The notes under the pieces: generated by a model
What the model was told of the DNA's origin: nothing
The model's input: the letters and a program-made list of their open reading frames with translations, nothing else
The model's database searches: none
Shown here: piece after piece, positions 17,206 through 26,789 of the stretch
How positions within the stretch are numbered: the stretch's first letter is position 1
How the letters are laid out: every line of letters begins with the position of its first letter
Source of the DNA: a virus
Direction: 5' to 3' (one strand)
Length of the DNA stretch: 64,000 nt
IMG/VR virus record: IMGVR_UViG_3300032287_001974
Location: 21,633-85,632 of that record
Translations under genes and position numbers: made by a program

Positions 17206-18904
17206 TTCTGTAAACTACATACCGCAGGTAGACTATACCTCCCGCGACTACTCCGCTATTCGTGACGATCTGCTTAATCTTATTAACCAGTACAATCCTG
17301 CGTGGACAAGCCGTGACCCATCTGATTTAGGTATGACACTTGTAGAACTGTTTGCCTACATGGGCGACCTTATGAACTTCTACACTGACCGTGCCGCAAA
17401 CGAGGGATTCCTAGCCACCGCTAGCCAACGTGACAGCATCTTGCAGATGGCTGCAATGTTGGGCTACGCGCCTACAAAAGCAGTAGCCGCTACTACTACA
17501 TTGACGCTTACTAACTCAACCGCCTCCGCAGTTACTTTTCCGGCCAAAACTCAAGTAGCTACTACGGCAGTAGTTAATGGTTTAAACACTCAAGTTGTGT
17601 TTGAAACAGACGTCGCAGTTACCGTTGCCGCTAAAGTTTCCGGAGTTAACGGAACCGCCTCAGTAGCGGCTACCGAAGGTGTCACTACTACTCTTGAAGA
17701 CCTGGGGCCATCTACTGGATCGCCAAGTCAGGTATTTAGACTTGCAAACACAGGTGTAATTAACGACAGTATCACTGTGACCGTTAACAATGTTGTTTAC
17801 ACTTACCTGACCTCAATGGTTGAGAGCAACAGCTTTGACACTGTGTTTACTACAATAAACGATGCCGATGAAAACACTTACATCATCTTTGGTGACGGAG
17901 TTATGGGACGAGTCCCAGCAGCTGGAAATACTGTCTACGCCACTTACCGCACCGGTAATGGGCACGCAGGAAACGTACCAGCACAGACGCTAAAAAGTTT
18001 CCTAACTAACTCTGCGGCTGGTGTTACCGTAACTAACGGTTCTGCGGCTACTGGCGGCGCTGATGAAGAGTCTTCTGACTCTATTCGACTGAACACCCCT
18101 AGGGCCCTTAAGTCCCTAAACCGAGCTGTATCGCTTAGGGACTACGCCTACCTAGCTTTGCAGGTTTCAGGCGTAGCAAAAGCAAGCGCGGACGCAAACT
18201 CGTTTAACAGCATTATCCTGTACATGGCTCCTTCCGGAGACCCTGGAGTAAGTGCGGGTGTTGCTACCCCAGCCTTTACTGCGTTAGCGGACAAGGTAGC
18301 GGCCTACTTCATGGACAAGACGGCTCCAAACGTATCGCTGACTATTCTTCCGCCTACTTACGTCCCTGTGAACTTAGAGATCACTGTGCGAGTGCTGCCT
18401 CAGTACCAACAGAGCGTTGTAGTTGGTCAGGTCAATACTGCGCTTTCACAGCTCGTTTCTACTGATAGCTCATTCTTTGCGGACTTGATTCCAGTGCAGT
18501 ACTTACTTACCAGCGCAAGCACAGTAAATGGCGTTGACTACATCACTGTAGAGCACCTACGCAAAAACACAAGCGAGCAATCTTTCACCGTCTCTAGCTA
18601 CACCAGAACATCTAACGTGGCACAGCTAACTACAAGTGCTACGCACAACATTACTGTTGGCCAGACAATTAAAGTCACCAACTCAGCTAACGGTGGAAAC
18701 AACGTAGATACCGCTGCAGCCGTAGTAACCGCTGTGGGCGCAACTACTATCTCGTTTGCAAACACAGGCGGCAACTTGGGCGCTACTACGCCAACAGTTA
18801 CATCCACTGTACGAGCCAACGTCGTTGAGACAATCTCGTGCGCAGTCAACGAAATCCCATCAAAGGGCACCTTCACCCTAACCGGTGTCGGTGGTATTCA
18901 GTAA
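17198..18904 (+). CDS. Baseplate J-like wedge protein
   Basis: DYTSRDY, FGDGVMGRVP, GGADEES, RAVSLRDY. Confidence 0.9.
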   Translation: MANSVNYIPQVDYTSRDYSAIRDDLLNLINQYNPAWTSRDPSDLGMTLVELFAYMGDLMNFYTDRAANEGFLATASQRDSILQMAAMLGYAPTKAVAATTTLTLTNSTASAVTFPAKTQVATTAVVNGLNTQVVFETDVAVTVAAKVSGVNGTASVAATEGVTTTLEDLGPSTGSPSQVFRLANTGVINDSITVTVNNVVYTYLTSMVESNSFDTVFTTINDADENTYIIFGDGVMGRVPAAGNTVYATYRTGNGHAGNVPAQTLKSFLTNSAAGVTVTNGSAATGGADEESSDSIRLNTPRALKSLNRAVSLRDYAYLALQVSGVAKASADANSFNSIILYMAPSGDPGVSAGVATPAFTALADKVAAYFMDKTAPNVSLTILPPTYVPVNLEITVRVLPQYQQSVVVGQVNTALSQLVSTDSSFFADLIPVQYLLTSASTVNGVDYITVEHLRKNTSEQSFTVSSYTRTSNVAQLTTSATHNITVGQTIKVTNSANGGNNVDTAAAVVTAVGATTISFANTGGNLGATTPTVTSTVRANVVETISCAVNEIPSKGTFTLTGVGGIQ

Positions 18905-18913
18905 GGAAATATA

Positions 18914-19399
18914 ATGCCATTAGCAAACGCTTATTACCCCGGGAACATTAAGACGGACTTTACTACAAAGGTAAACAACACCGACATCGTAGATGCGTCG
19001 CACCCTAACATCTTGCAGGATGAGGTGATCGCTATTGAGACATACCTTGGAGTTAACCCGCACGTAGGAACAAGAACCTACACCACGTCAGGCTTTACGA
19101 CTGGTACCAGCCACGCCTCCGTAGCGGCTCGCCTTACCAACCTTGAAGTTGGTATCACAGGAGACGTCCACACCCAGTACGTGAAGATTGTCGGCGGAAG
19201 CACAATTACTGCGGCTACTTCAGGTACTAAAGGTTTGGTAGTCAAAGCTGCAGCTAGCCAATCAGCTAACCTGTTGGAGTTCCAGCCTAGCGGGTCAACC
19301 ACTCCAATTGCTTACATCACCGCAGCTGGCGGGCTGGTGGACACACGAGTCACCGAAGACATCGACAACTTACACGTACTTACTTACGTATTTGGCTAA
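18914..19399 (+). CDS. Putative minor tail/fibre protein
   Basis: HPNILQDEVIAIETYLG; AASQSANLLEFQ fibre-type motif. Confidence 0.55.
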   Translation: MPLANAYYPGNIKTDFTTKVNNTDIVDASHPNILQDEVIAIETYLGVNPHVGTRTYTTSGFTTGTSHASVAARLTNLEVGITGDVHTQYVKIVGGSTITAATSGTKGLVVKAAASQSANLLEFQPSGSTTPIAYITAAGGLVDTRVTEDIDNLHVLTYVFG

Positions 19400-19411
19400 T
19401 TAGGGATTTAA

Positions 19412-21421
19412 ATGGCGCTCTACGGCAGTAATTTTTATAACCTCTTCACCTATGGTGCGGAGACGCTCGCTGACTTTGACGCCAGACCTATCTTCTCTAA
19501 TCCTACTGATTACAAAACCATTTCTGTCTGGTGGACCAAACCGTCGGGTGACTGGTCACAGCTCGTTCTAGTTAGAAGCAGCTTGGGATTCCCAGTAACT
19601 CCAGATGATGGAATTACTCTTCTAACCACAACCTTTGCTAACCACGACTCTTTGCAGCTTCCGTTTGTAGACGTTGGTGCCGACTTTGTTGGCGGACAGG
19701 GATTGGCCGAAGGCCAGACGTACTACTACTCTGTATTTGTAAAGCGCACCTCAGATAGTTTGTGGTTTAGGGCCGGTAATACACTTTGCATTTCTGTAAA
19801 AGATTATGGAACTGCATCTTTGATGTACAACTACATACCGACACCATATAAAGTTACAGACTTTAATACTGCGTTGACCCCGTCACCAGGAACTAACAAC
19901 GACCTATATAACTTCCTAAAGGTCTTTGCTTTTGAGTACGACCTCATTAAGACAACCGCCGAGAACGTTAAAAACAGATACAACATCAGACTTTTGGATG
20001 GGCGACTTATCCCACTAATGATGGACCAGTTTGGCTGGACCTACGAGTCTGAGATGGGTATTGCCCAAGGTAGACGACTGCTTCAGTACGCAGCCCAAAT
20101 TTACATGACTAAGGGCTCAGTGTACGGAGTCAAAGCTTTTGCTAAAGCGTTCTCCGGCTACGGGGCTTCTTTGGGCACTGCTGTAAACCTCATGCTTACA
20201 CAGGATGACTCGTCGTTTGAAGACACAGTCGGCTCTTGGAACACCGTGACTAATGGAACAGCTACGGCTATTACTGGATTGGCTGAGTCGCCTGTAGTGC
20301 CTCCGTACGCAGAGTCAACTGCGCCTTCTAATTTCCCTAACCTGCAGACTGGTATTCTCAAGATTGCCGCCAGTGCTTCTGGCGGAACCGTATCTACTTC
20401 GTGCGGTGCGTCTGCGCCTGTTACTAAAGGCATTCCAGTAACGGCAAGCACAGCGTACACCTTTAGCATTTACGCTAGGTCTAAAACTACCGCCCGAGCA
20501 GTTTCTATAAATATTAACTGGTATGACAGAGACGGCACCCTCCTTGGCCAAGGCACGGCAGCTACCACTACTACTTCAACTAGCGCCTGGGCTCGATTGA
20601 CAAAGATCACGGCTACTGCCCCTAGCACTGCGCAGTTTGCCGTACCTACTATCTCTATCGCGAGCACCGCGGCTAACGAGGTTCACTACTTTGACGCAGC
20701 TCAGTTCCAGCTAGGGTCTTCCGCAACTGACTTTGTAGATGCCCGACGCGTAGATATTTACCTACAGCCTAACCGCATCAACTACATTAAAAACCCAAGC
20801 TTTGAGTCGGTGACTACTAACTGGTCTGTCTCTGACGCTACGGCTACTGTGTTTGCTGACGGTGCAACTACAGGAAGCACAAACTGCCTAAAACTTGCAG
20901 TAACAGCGGCAAGCCCTACGGCCACTACTTCTTCCTATAGCAACGTGACAGCCGGCAAAGACTACACCGCGAGCGCTTACGTTAAAGGCACAGCCGGAAG
21001 AACCTCTCACATACGAATTTATTGGTATGACTCGTCTAACACATTGTTAAGTTTTTCCGCGGGTAGCGACGTCACCTTAAGCGCTACGGCATGGCAAAGA
21101 GAAACGGTAACTGGCCTTGCGCCAACCGGTGCTGCTAAAGCTAAGGTATCTATTCGATACTCAGCAAGCACCGTGTCTGGAGACACAGTTTACGCAGACT
21201 CTGTTTTATTTGAGCCAGGTAACGTAGCTAACCCATATTTTGATGGCAGCAATGGGTACAAACAAGCCACTGATTTGTTATGGGAAAGTAACGACACGGT
21301 CAACGGTCTGTCTATGTACTACAAGAATAGGACTAACACTACCCTGCGTTTAAAGAACATTATGGGCGACTACATTGACGTCGGATCCCCGTGGGCACTA
21401 TTTACTGGAACCATTATTTGA
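19412..21421 (+). CDS. Baseplate/tail protein (P2 gpI-like) with carbohydrate-binding modules
   Basis: IYMTKGSVYGV core plus two NPSFE/DSSFE CBM4/9-like repeats. Confidence 0.7.
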   Translation: MALYGSNFYNLFTYGAETLADFDARPIFSNPTDYKTISVWWTKPSGDWSQLVLVRSSLGFPVTPDDGITLLTTTFANHDSLQLPFVDVGADFVGGQGLAEGQTYYYSVFVKRTSDSLWFRAGNTLCISVKDYGTASLMYNYIPTPYKVTDFNTALTPSPGTNNDLYNFLKVFAFEYDLIKTTAENVKNRYNIRLLDGRLIPLMMDQFGWTYESEMGIAQGRRLLQYAAQIYMTKGSVYGVKAFAKAFSGYGASLGTAVNLMLTQDDSSFEDTVGSWNTVTNGTATAITGLAESPVVPPYAESTAPSNFPNLQTGILKIAASASGGTVSTSCGASAPVTKGIPVTASTAYTFSIYARSKTTARAVSININWYDRDGTLLGQGTAATTTTSTSAWARLTKITATAPSTAQFAVPTISIASTAANEVHYFDAAQFQLGSSATDFVDARRVDIYLQPNRINYIKNPSFESVTTNWSVSDATATVFADGATTGSTNCLKLAVTAASPTATTSSYSNVTAGKDYTASAYVKGTAGRTSHIRIYWYDSSNTLLSFSAGSDVTLSATAWQRETVTGLAPTGAAKAKVSIRYSASTVSGDTVYADSVLFEPGNVANPYFDGSNGYKQATDLLWESNDTVNGLSMYYKNRTNTTLRLKNIMGDYIDVGSPWALFTGTII

Positions 21422-21447
21422 CAAACGTCCTGACTCGGACTTAGTAT
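21418..21447 (+). promoter_or_regulatory. SigA-type promoter of replication block
   Basis: TTGACA-N18-TAGTAT upstream of GGAGG and ATG21474. Confidence 0.55.
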
Positions 21448-21473
21448 GGGATCTCCGTTCATAGGAGGCAAAC

Positions 21474-22058
21474 ATGAGACGAGTAACCATCGCGGTTATA
21501 GGTAACGCAAAAACAACCCGAGCCAACCTAGAGGCTCTAATCAGCGACGTAGTTGAGTCAGTAGATGAGGCTACCATCGTAACTGTGTACAACGAAGCTC
21601 CGTCTGAGGGGCTTATCTGGGCAACCCAGTACGCGCAGGACAAGGGCATAGAGTCCCTACAGTATCCAGACAACAACTATGAAACTCTAGTGGCTGACCA
21701 CAAGCGGGACGAACTTCGCTTTTTTATGCTTTGGTCCGATGAGGACCCTGAGTGCCAACTAGCTGCTTCTATGGCCCAGGAGCACAACATCCCAGCATAT
21801 GACCTAACTGATGGTCTTATGTTAATTTCCCTAAATCAAGCCCCAATCTCCAGGCCGGCTAAGACTGAACCGCCAGTTATTGAGGCTGTTGTAAACCCCG
21901 CACCAACCCAACAACCGGAGCCTGATGTAGAAGAACCTGTAGAGGAAGGGCTTGAAGAGTATGATCTCGGAGAGGTCATGACCCTGGCTCTTGAAGAGGC
22001 TGGTAAAATATTTGCTCGGTCATTTGCTGCCGAGTTCATGAGACTTCTAAAGAAGTAG
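21474..22058 (+). CDS. Hypothetical protein (SLOG/DprA-like fold possible)
   Basis: TIAVIGN N-terminus; GGAGG RBS. Confidence 0.55.
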   Translation: MRRVTIAVIGNAKTTRANLEALISDVVESVDEATIVTVYNEAPSEGLIWATQYAQDKGIESLQYPDNNYETLVADHKRDELRFFMLWSDEDPECQLAASMAQEHNIPAYDLTDGLMLISLNQAPISRPAKTEPPVIEAVVNPAPTQQPEPDVEEPVEEGLEEYDLGEVMTLALEEAGKIFARSFAAEFMRLLKK

Positions 22059-22059
22059 C

Positions 22060-22941
22060 ATGGAAGAGCTAAGCACGTCAGCGCAACGCTGGCTACGTTT
22101 CTTTACCCAAAACCCAGAGCTGCCTTTAAATTACCTTACAATTATGAGCATGGACGTTAGTCGTGCTCGCAGTGTGGCAATCCTAAAAGAACTAAAGGAA
22201 TTTGGTTTTGTTCAGGTGGTCAAGCGTATTGGTGGAGGTTCTTCACTTAAGCTTGCACGCAACGGAGCTTCCAATGCGGTAGGCTCCGGAGCTTCCAATA
22301 CGGTAGGCTCTGGTTATAGCTATACAGCTAGTAGTGCTATTTCCAATAGCTATACAGCTAGTACTGCTAATAAAGCTACAAATAAATTCCTCGACGGGGT
22401 CGAGGGAGAGGAAAATAAAATGGGTGACGATTGGTTTGATAGAACCTACGGCTCTAGCGATGACCTTGCTCGTGACCGTAAGCGGCACATGGAGCAGAAG
22501 AAGGCCGAGTACACAGAGGCCCGCGAAGTCAAAGCAGCACAGCGCAAAGACAAGCACCGCTCAAACATTGATCCGGTCAGCTGGACTTGCAAAGACGTTG
22601 CGTACGAGTTCTCTGACCGCATGGCAAACATCTGGAGCATCAAGCCGTTTAGCGTTACCCAGTCTAGGTTTGTCCAGGCACTTGCAGTATTCCGCAAACA
22701 GCACGATACCGACGGCGCGCTAGAGCTTGCTATTGTAGATCTTTTCTTCAGCACCCTGCAGCACGACAAGTACACCGATGGCAACCACCTGTGGAGAGCG
22801 TTTTTGTACAAGGCTCCGTCTCTAATCCAGACAGCACGCGAGCGCACAATTTCAGTTGAACAGCGCGAGACCGATATCATTAAGGACCAAGAGCTAACTT
22901 CTAAGAAGCTTTCACTACTAGACGAGGACGACGATGTATAA
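22060..22941 (+). CDS. Putative replication initiator
   Basis: N-terminal wHTH-like segment, internal DNA repeats, directly upstream of a DnaC-like ATPase. Confidence 0.55.
   Translation: MEELSTSAQRWLRFFTQNPELPLNYLTIMSMDVSRARSVAILKELKEFGFVQVVKRIGGGSSLKLARNGASNAVGSGASNTVGSGYSYTASSAISNSYTASTANKATNKFLDGVEGEENKMGDDWFDRTYGSSDDLARDRKRHMEQKKAEYTEAREVKAAQRKDKHRSNIDPVSWTCKDVAYEFSDRMANIWSIKPFSVTQSRFVQALAVFRKQHDTDGALELAIVDLFFSTLQHDKYTDGNHLWRAFLYKAPSLIQTARERTISVEQRETDIIKDQELTSKKLSLLDEDDDV
22263..22369. repeat. Two pairs of 24-bp direct repeats (iteron-like)
   Basis: CGGAGCTTCCAATRCGGTAGGCTC x2 (22263, 22287); ATAGCTATACAGCTAGTASTGCTA x2 (22316, 22346). Confidence 0.85.
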
Positions 22942-23620
22942 GCCAGACGAACTTCCGGCCAGACGCCGTACCTGGGTAAAGATTGCCAGCCTTCCACCAG
23001 CCAAAATTGGCTGGACTCTAGAGGACTGCAAGGATGTGCCCGCAGAAACACTTGGCCATATAAACAAGTGGATGAAAGCTGTAAGCGCCGATAAGGTAAT
23101 TCGTGCTGAGGGCAAAGAGACCTGTGGTCTTGGATTGATGCTGTACGGCCTTCCAGGGCGCGGTAAGACCACGGTTGCCAATACCATACTCCAGGAGGTT
23201 ATCCGCACCATAGACCCCGCTGTGCTCGGTATGGAGCCGGGGAAGGCCGTTTCTCGTCCTTGCTACTTCATCACCTACAACGGCCTACTGGACCTAAAAG
23301 GTTCCATTATGGAGAACCACGACAACACTGAGGAACTGCTGTACAACAGCATTTTGGGTGAGGCTGAGGATGACGCCTACAATGTCAGGCTGCTAGTTCT
23401 AGATGATGTAGGCAAGGAGCACGCCAGCGCATCAGGGTGGCAAAAGAACATGCTGCACCACGTATTGCGTACTAGGTTTAACAATGGTTTGCCAACTATT
23501 GTGACTACCAACATCCGCCTTGATGACTGGGAGGCCCACTACGGGTCCGCTACCCAATCGTTTGTTCATGAGGCGTTTCTGTACATCAATATGGACTCAA
23601 TTACGGATCTGAGGAAGTAA
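22934..23620 (+). CDS. DnaC/IstB-like helicase loader ATPase
   Basis: GLPGRGKT Walker A, LLVLDDVGKE Walker B, R..NGLPTIVTTN. Confidence 0.88.
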   Translation: MYKPDELPARRRTWVKIASLPPAKIGWTLEDCKDVPAETLGHINKWMKAVSADKVIRAEGKETCGLGLMLYGLPGRGKTTVANTILQEVIRTIDPAVLGMEPGKAVSRPCYFITYNGLLDLKGSIMENHDNTEELLYNSILGEAEDDAYNVRLLVLDDVGKEHASASGWQKNMLHHVLRTRFNNGLPTIVTTNIRLDDWEAHYGSATQSFVHEAFLYINMDSITDLRK

Positions 23621-23916
23621 TGACTGTCAGACTTATTCAAGTCTTTCTTAGCCACAAGTCAGATGCCCCAGGGCCAGGGATATTCGAGGTCAGCGCGGAT
23701 GAGGATAGAAACCTAACTTGCACTTGCCCTGGGTTTATGTCTAAGTCTGTGTGCAAACATACAAAGCTTGTTACTGAGCGGATTGAACGAAACAACGGCA
23801 TGTACCCATTTGATTTTGTTGACGAGACTAACCAAAAAGAAATTAAGCTAGCGATGACAGACGAAAACCTTTTTAGGGAGTTCATAATTAAACACGCTAA
23901 GATCGAGGTCTACTAA
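23620..23916 (+). CDS. SWIM zinc-finger protein
   Basis: CTCPGF....CKH. Confidence 0.75.
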   Translation: MTVRLIQVFLSHKSDAPGPGIFEVSADEDRNLTCTCPGFMSKSVCKHTKLVTERIERNNGMYPFDFVDETNQKEIKLAMTDENLFREFIIKHAKIEVY

Positions 23917-24323
23917 TGCAGAACGGCGATATTAGCAATGCAATGCCTAAGCGCATACTAGTAACGACTGACGTTATTACCGATGAATATGAGGACAAGA
24001 AAAAAGTGCTAGGATTTGTCCCAGTAAGGTCTAAGAAGATTGAGTACAACAGGCTCGTTCTTAGTCATCTGTATATGACCACGTTAAAGCGCGGCATTAC
24101 TATGGAGTTAATCAGCTATACTCGCTCTGAAAAAGAGATGGTAGATTTGATGCTCTACTTAGACAAGATCGGTACGAACCCGTTTCGTTATGGATCTGCT
24201 TACAAGTCGGTCGACAAGTTAGTTGCAGAACTACCTTTTAGACCAGAGGTTATCGGTGTAATAGATATCCCAACGCGACTACTTCGGTATGGTCGTTGGG
24301 GATTGGACTTTCCTTCATTATGA
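23916..24323 (+). CDS. Hypothetical protein (degenerate HAD-like)
   Basis: Coupled ORF; MQNGDISN start. Confidence 0.55.
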   Translation: MQNGDISNAMPKRILVTTDVITDEYEDKKKVLGFVPVRSKKIEYNRLVLSHLYMTTLKRGITMELISYTRSEKEMVDLMLYLDKIGTNPFRYGSAYKSVDKLVAELPFRPEVIGVIDIPTRLLRYGRWGLDFPSL

Positions 24324-25546
24324 GTACAGAAGCAAAACTACTAAGTGCGGTCATAGCCGTCCGCGACTTATCCCCGCTTTTTGAGCGCAATGTCGCAGAT
24401 CAGTGGTTCCCCGACGAAGAAGACCGCCGTGTGTGGACCTTTATGCGTACGCACTTCTCTAAATATGCAGAGTGCCCAAGCGCAGAGGTCATATCGGCTA
24501 ACTTCCCTACCTACGTTCTTCAGCCAATCACCGACTCGATTGACTATCTGCTTGACGACCTGCTAGATAAGCGACGTAAGAACTCGATTACGACGACGCT
24601 ACGTGCTGCTGTAGACGAGATTCAAAACAATAAGAACCACGAGTCTGCGCTGATGATTATGCAGGGCGGCCTTATCCGCCTTGAAGAAGAGGGACTTAAC
24701 AACACCTCTGACGTTAACCTTATCCAGACCACAGAGTCTCGATGGGAAGACTACATCTTCCGTAAGAACAACCCAGGTTTGCTGGGCGTTGCTACCGGCT
24801 TCCCTACTATTGATGCTGTGACTAACGGGCTACAAAAGGGCCAGTTGATTGTGGTAGTCGCCACACCAAAGACCGGTAAGTCAACTCTGGCCTTGCAGAT
24901 TGCAAATAACATTCACAAGCAGGGGCTATCACCAATGTTCCAGTCGTTTGAGATGACTAACCGTGAACAGCAAGACCGTTACGACTCTATGCGCGCCTTG
25001 GTTTCGCACAATCGACTTATTACTGGTGCTCTTACTTCAGACGAAGAAAAACGATACAAAGAGTCGCTAGACAAAATGTCTGAGGATGAGGCTAATTTTT
25101 GGCTAGTGGACTCGGCACACGGCATTACTACCTCAGCCATCCACAGCAAGATTCAGACTCTACAGCCAGACGTTATCTTTATTGACGGTGTGTACTTAAT
25201 GCTTGACGAGCAGACTGGTGAGTCAAACACTCCACAGGCCCTTACTGGAATCACCCGTTCCCTAAAGCGACTAGCCCAGAAAACAAATAAGCCAGTTGTA
25301 ATCACTACACAAGCACTTAACTGGAAGTCTAAAAAGGGAAAGGTAACCACTGACTCGATCGGTTACTCATCCTCATTCCTCCAAGACGCAGACGTTGTGT
25401 TTGGCCTTGAGCGCGAAGATGAGAACGTAGATGATACCCGTATCCTAAAGGTCATGGCAGCCCGTAATAGCGGTAACGTAGAGGCTACACTTATGTGGGA
25501 TTGGGCATCAGGTCTATTCCGTGAAATGAACAGCGACGACGTATGA
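24320..25546 (+). CDS. dnaB: DnaB-like replicative helicase
   Basis: ATPKTGKS, SFEM, IFIDGVYLM, LKRLAQ, QDADVV. Confidence 0.92.
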   Translation: MSTEAKLLSAVIAVRDLSPLFERNVADQWFPDEEDRRVWTFMRTHFSKYAECPSAEVISANFPTYVLQPITDSIDYLLDDLLDKRRKNSITTTLRAAVDEIQNNKNHESALMIMQGGLIRLEEEGLNNTSDVNLIQTTESRWEDYIFRKNNPGLLGVATGFPTIDAVTNGLQKGQLIVVVATPKTGKSTLALQIANNIHKQGLSPMFQSFEMTNREQQDRYDSMRALVSHNRLITGALTSDEEKRYKESLDKMSEDEANFWLVDSAHGITTSAIHSKIQTLQPDVIFIDGVYLMLDEQTGESNTPQALTGITRSLKRLAQKTNKPVVITTQALNWKSKKGKVTTDSIGYSSSFLQDADVVFGLEREDENVDDTRILKVMAARNSGNVEATLMWDWASGLFREMNSDDV

Positions 25547-26496
25547 GACTAGAAGAAATGGAGCGCGTACTAGAACGCCTCAACATTGACCCTATAAACA
25601 TCCGCGGGTCAGAGATTCTTGCACTATGCCCAGGCCACAAGGAGATGACCGGCAAAGAAGACCACCACCCATCTTGGTGGATTAACGCTGAGACAGGTGC
25701 GCACATCTGCTTTTCCTGCGGGTTCAAGGGAAACATCTGGTCGCTAATTGCTTCAGTGCAGGGTCTCAAGGACGCCAACGGGCTTCTAGACTACGCAGAT
25801 GCTAAGGACTGGCTATACCTTTCATTCGACAACATTTTACTTGGCTCACCTGACGAAGAAGAAACTGAAGAGTCAATCTTTAAAGAGGTAGTCGAGGTTG
25901 GTGAATCTAGACTAGCTTTGTTTACTATGCCGCCCGCTAGCGCACTAAAAGCTAGAGGCTTTACGCAGGAAGCTGCTCAGAAGTACGGGCTTATGTGGGA
26001 CCCTAAGTATTCAAACTGGATAACCCCAATTCGCAACCCCTATTCAAATAAATTGCTCGGTTGGCAGGAGAAGGGCTACAAGCGACGTTATTTTAATAAC
26101 TACCCGCAAGGCGTGGAAAAATCGACTACATTATTTGGGTTCAAGCAATATACAGGCGGTCGCATGATTGTGGTCGAGTCTCCGCTCGATGTGGTTCGCT
26201 TAGAGGCCGTCGGTATCACTGGCGGAGTATCCACCTACGGTTCCATTATTTCCGCTACTCAGGTAGGCTTGATCAGAGAAGCAGACGAGATTGTGTTTGC
26301 TTTGGACAACGACGAGTCAGGAATCAACTCATCTAAGAAAATGCTGGAACTTAGCATCAAGCTCGGATTTGAGGCCTGGTTCTTTAGCTACTCACACACT
26401 GAAATGAAAGATGTAGGCGGCATGAGCCGTAGCGAAATACTTATGGGGCTAGACAACGCTAAGCACTCCGTACACGGATTAGGAGCTATTCAATGA
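25543..26496 (+). CDS. DNA primase (zinc finger + TOPRIM)
   Basis: CPGH...CFSCG; VVESPLD; LDNDESG. Confidence 0.88.
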   Translation: MRLEEMERVLERLNIDPINIRGSEILALCPGHKEMTGKEDHHPSWWINAETGAHICFSCGFKGNIWSLIASVQGLKDANGLLDYADAKDWLYLSFDNILLGSPDEEETEESIFKEVVEVGESRLALFTMPPASALKARGFTQEAAQKYGLMWDPKYSNWITPIRNPYSNKLLGWQEKGYKRRYFNNYPQGVEKSTTLFGFKQYTGGRMIVVESPLDVVRLEAVGITGGVSTYGSIISATQVGLIREADEIVFALDNDESGINSSKKMLELSIKLGFEAWFFSYSHTEMKDVGGMSRSEILMGLDNAKHSVHGLGAIQ

Positions 26497-26789
26497 GCGC
26501 ACCAGATTATATGGCACAGGTTGAAAAAAACGCCAATGAGGAATGGGTAGGCGCAGCTGCCGACATTGTAGCGCGCCTAGCCGCCGCTAAAAAAACATTT
26601 ACCACAGACGACGTGTGGGAAGAACTAGCCAAACTAGATGTTAGAACGCACGAGCCGCGGGCTATGGGCGCAGTCATGTCAGCCGCAAAACGTATGAAAA
26701 TGGTCTCATCAACATCAACTTACGTCATTAGCACTAGACCTGAATGCCACAGCCGACCAATACGTGTTTGGGAATCATTAGTAATATGA
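26493..26789 (+). CDS. Hypothetical protein
   Basis: FTTDDVW...EPRAMGAV; coupled on both sides. Confidence 0.65.
   Translation: MSAPDYMAQVEKNANEEWVGAAADIVARLAAAKKTFTTDDVWEELAKLDVRTHEPRAMGAVMSAAKRMKMVSSTSTYVISTRPECHSRPIRVWESLVI

Noticed and set aside
22263-22369. Direct repeats as a possible mini-CRISPR array
   Set aside because: Repeats are tandem or only 6 nt apart, in-frame within a CDS, with no spacers
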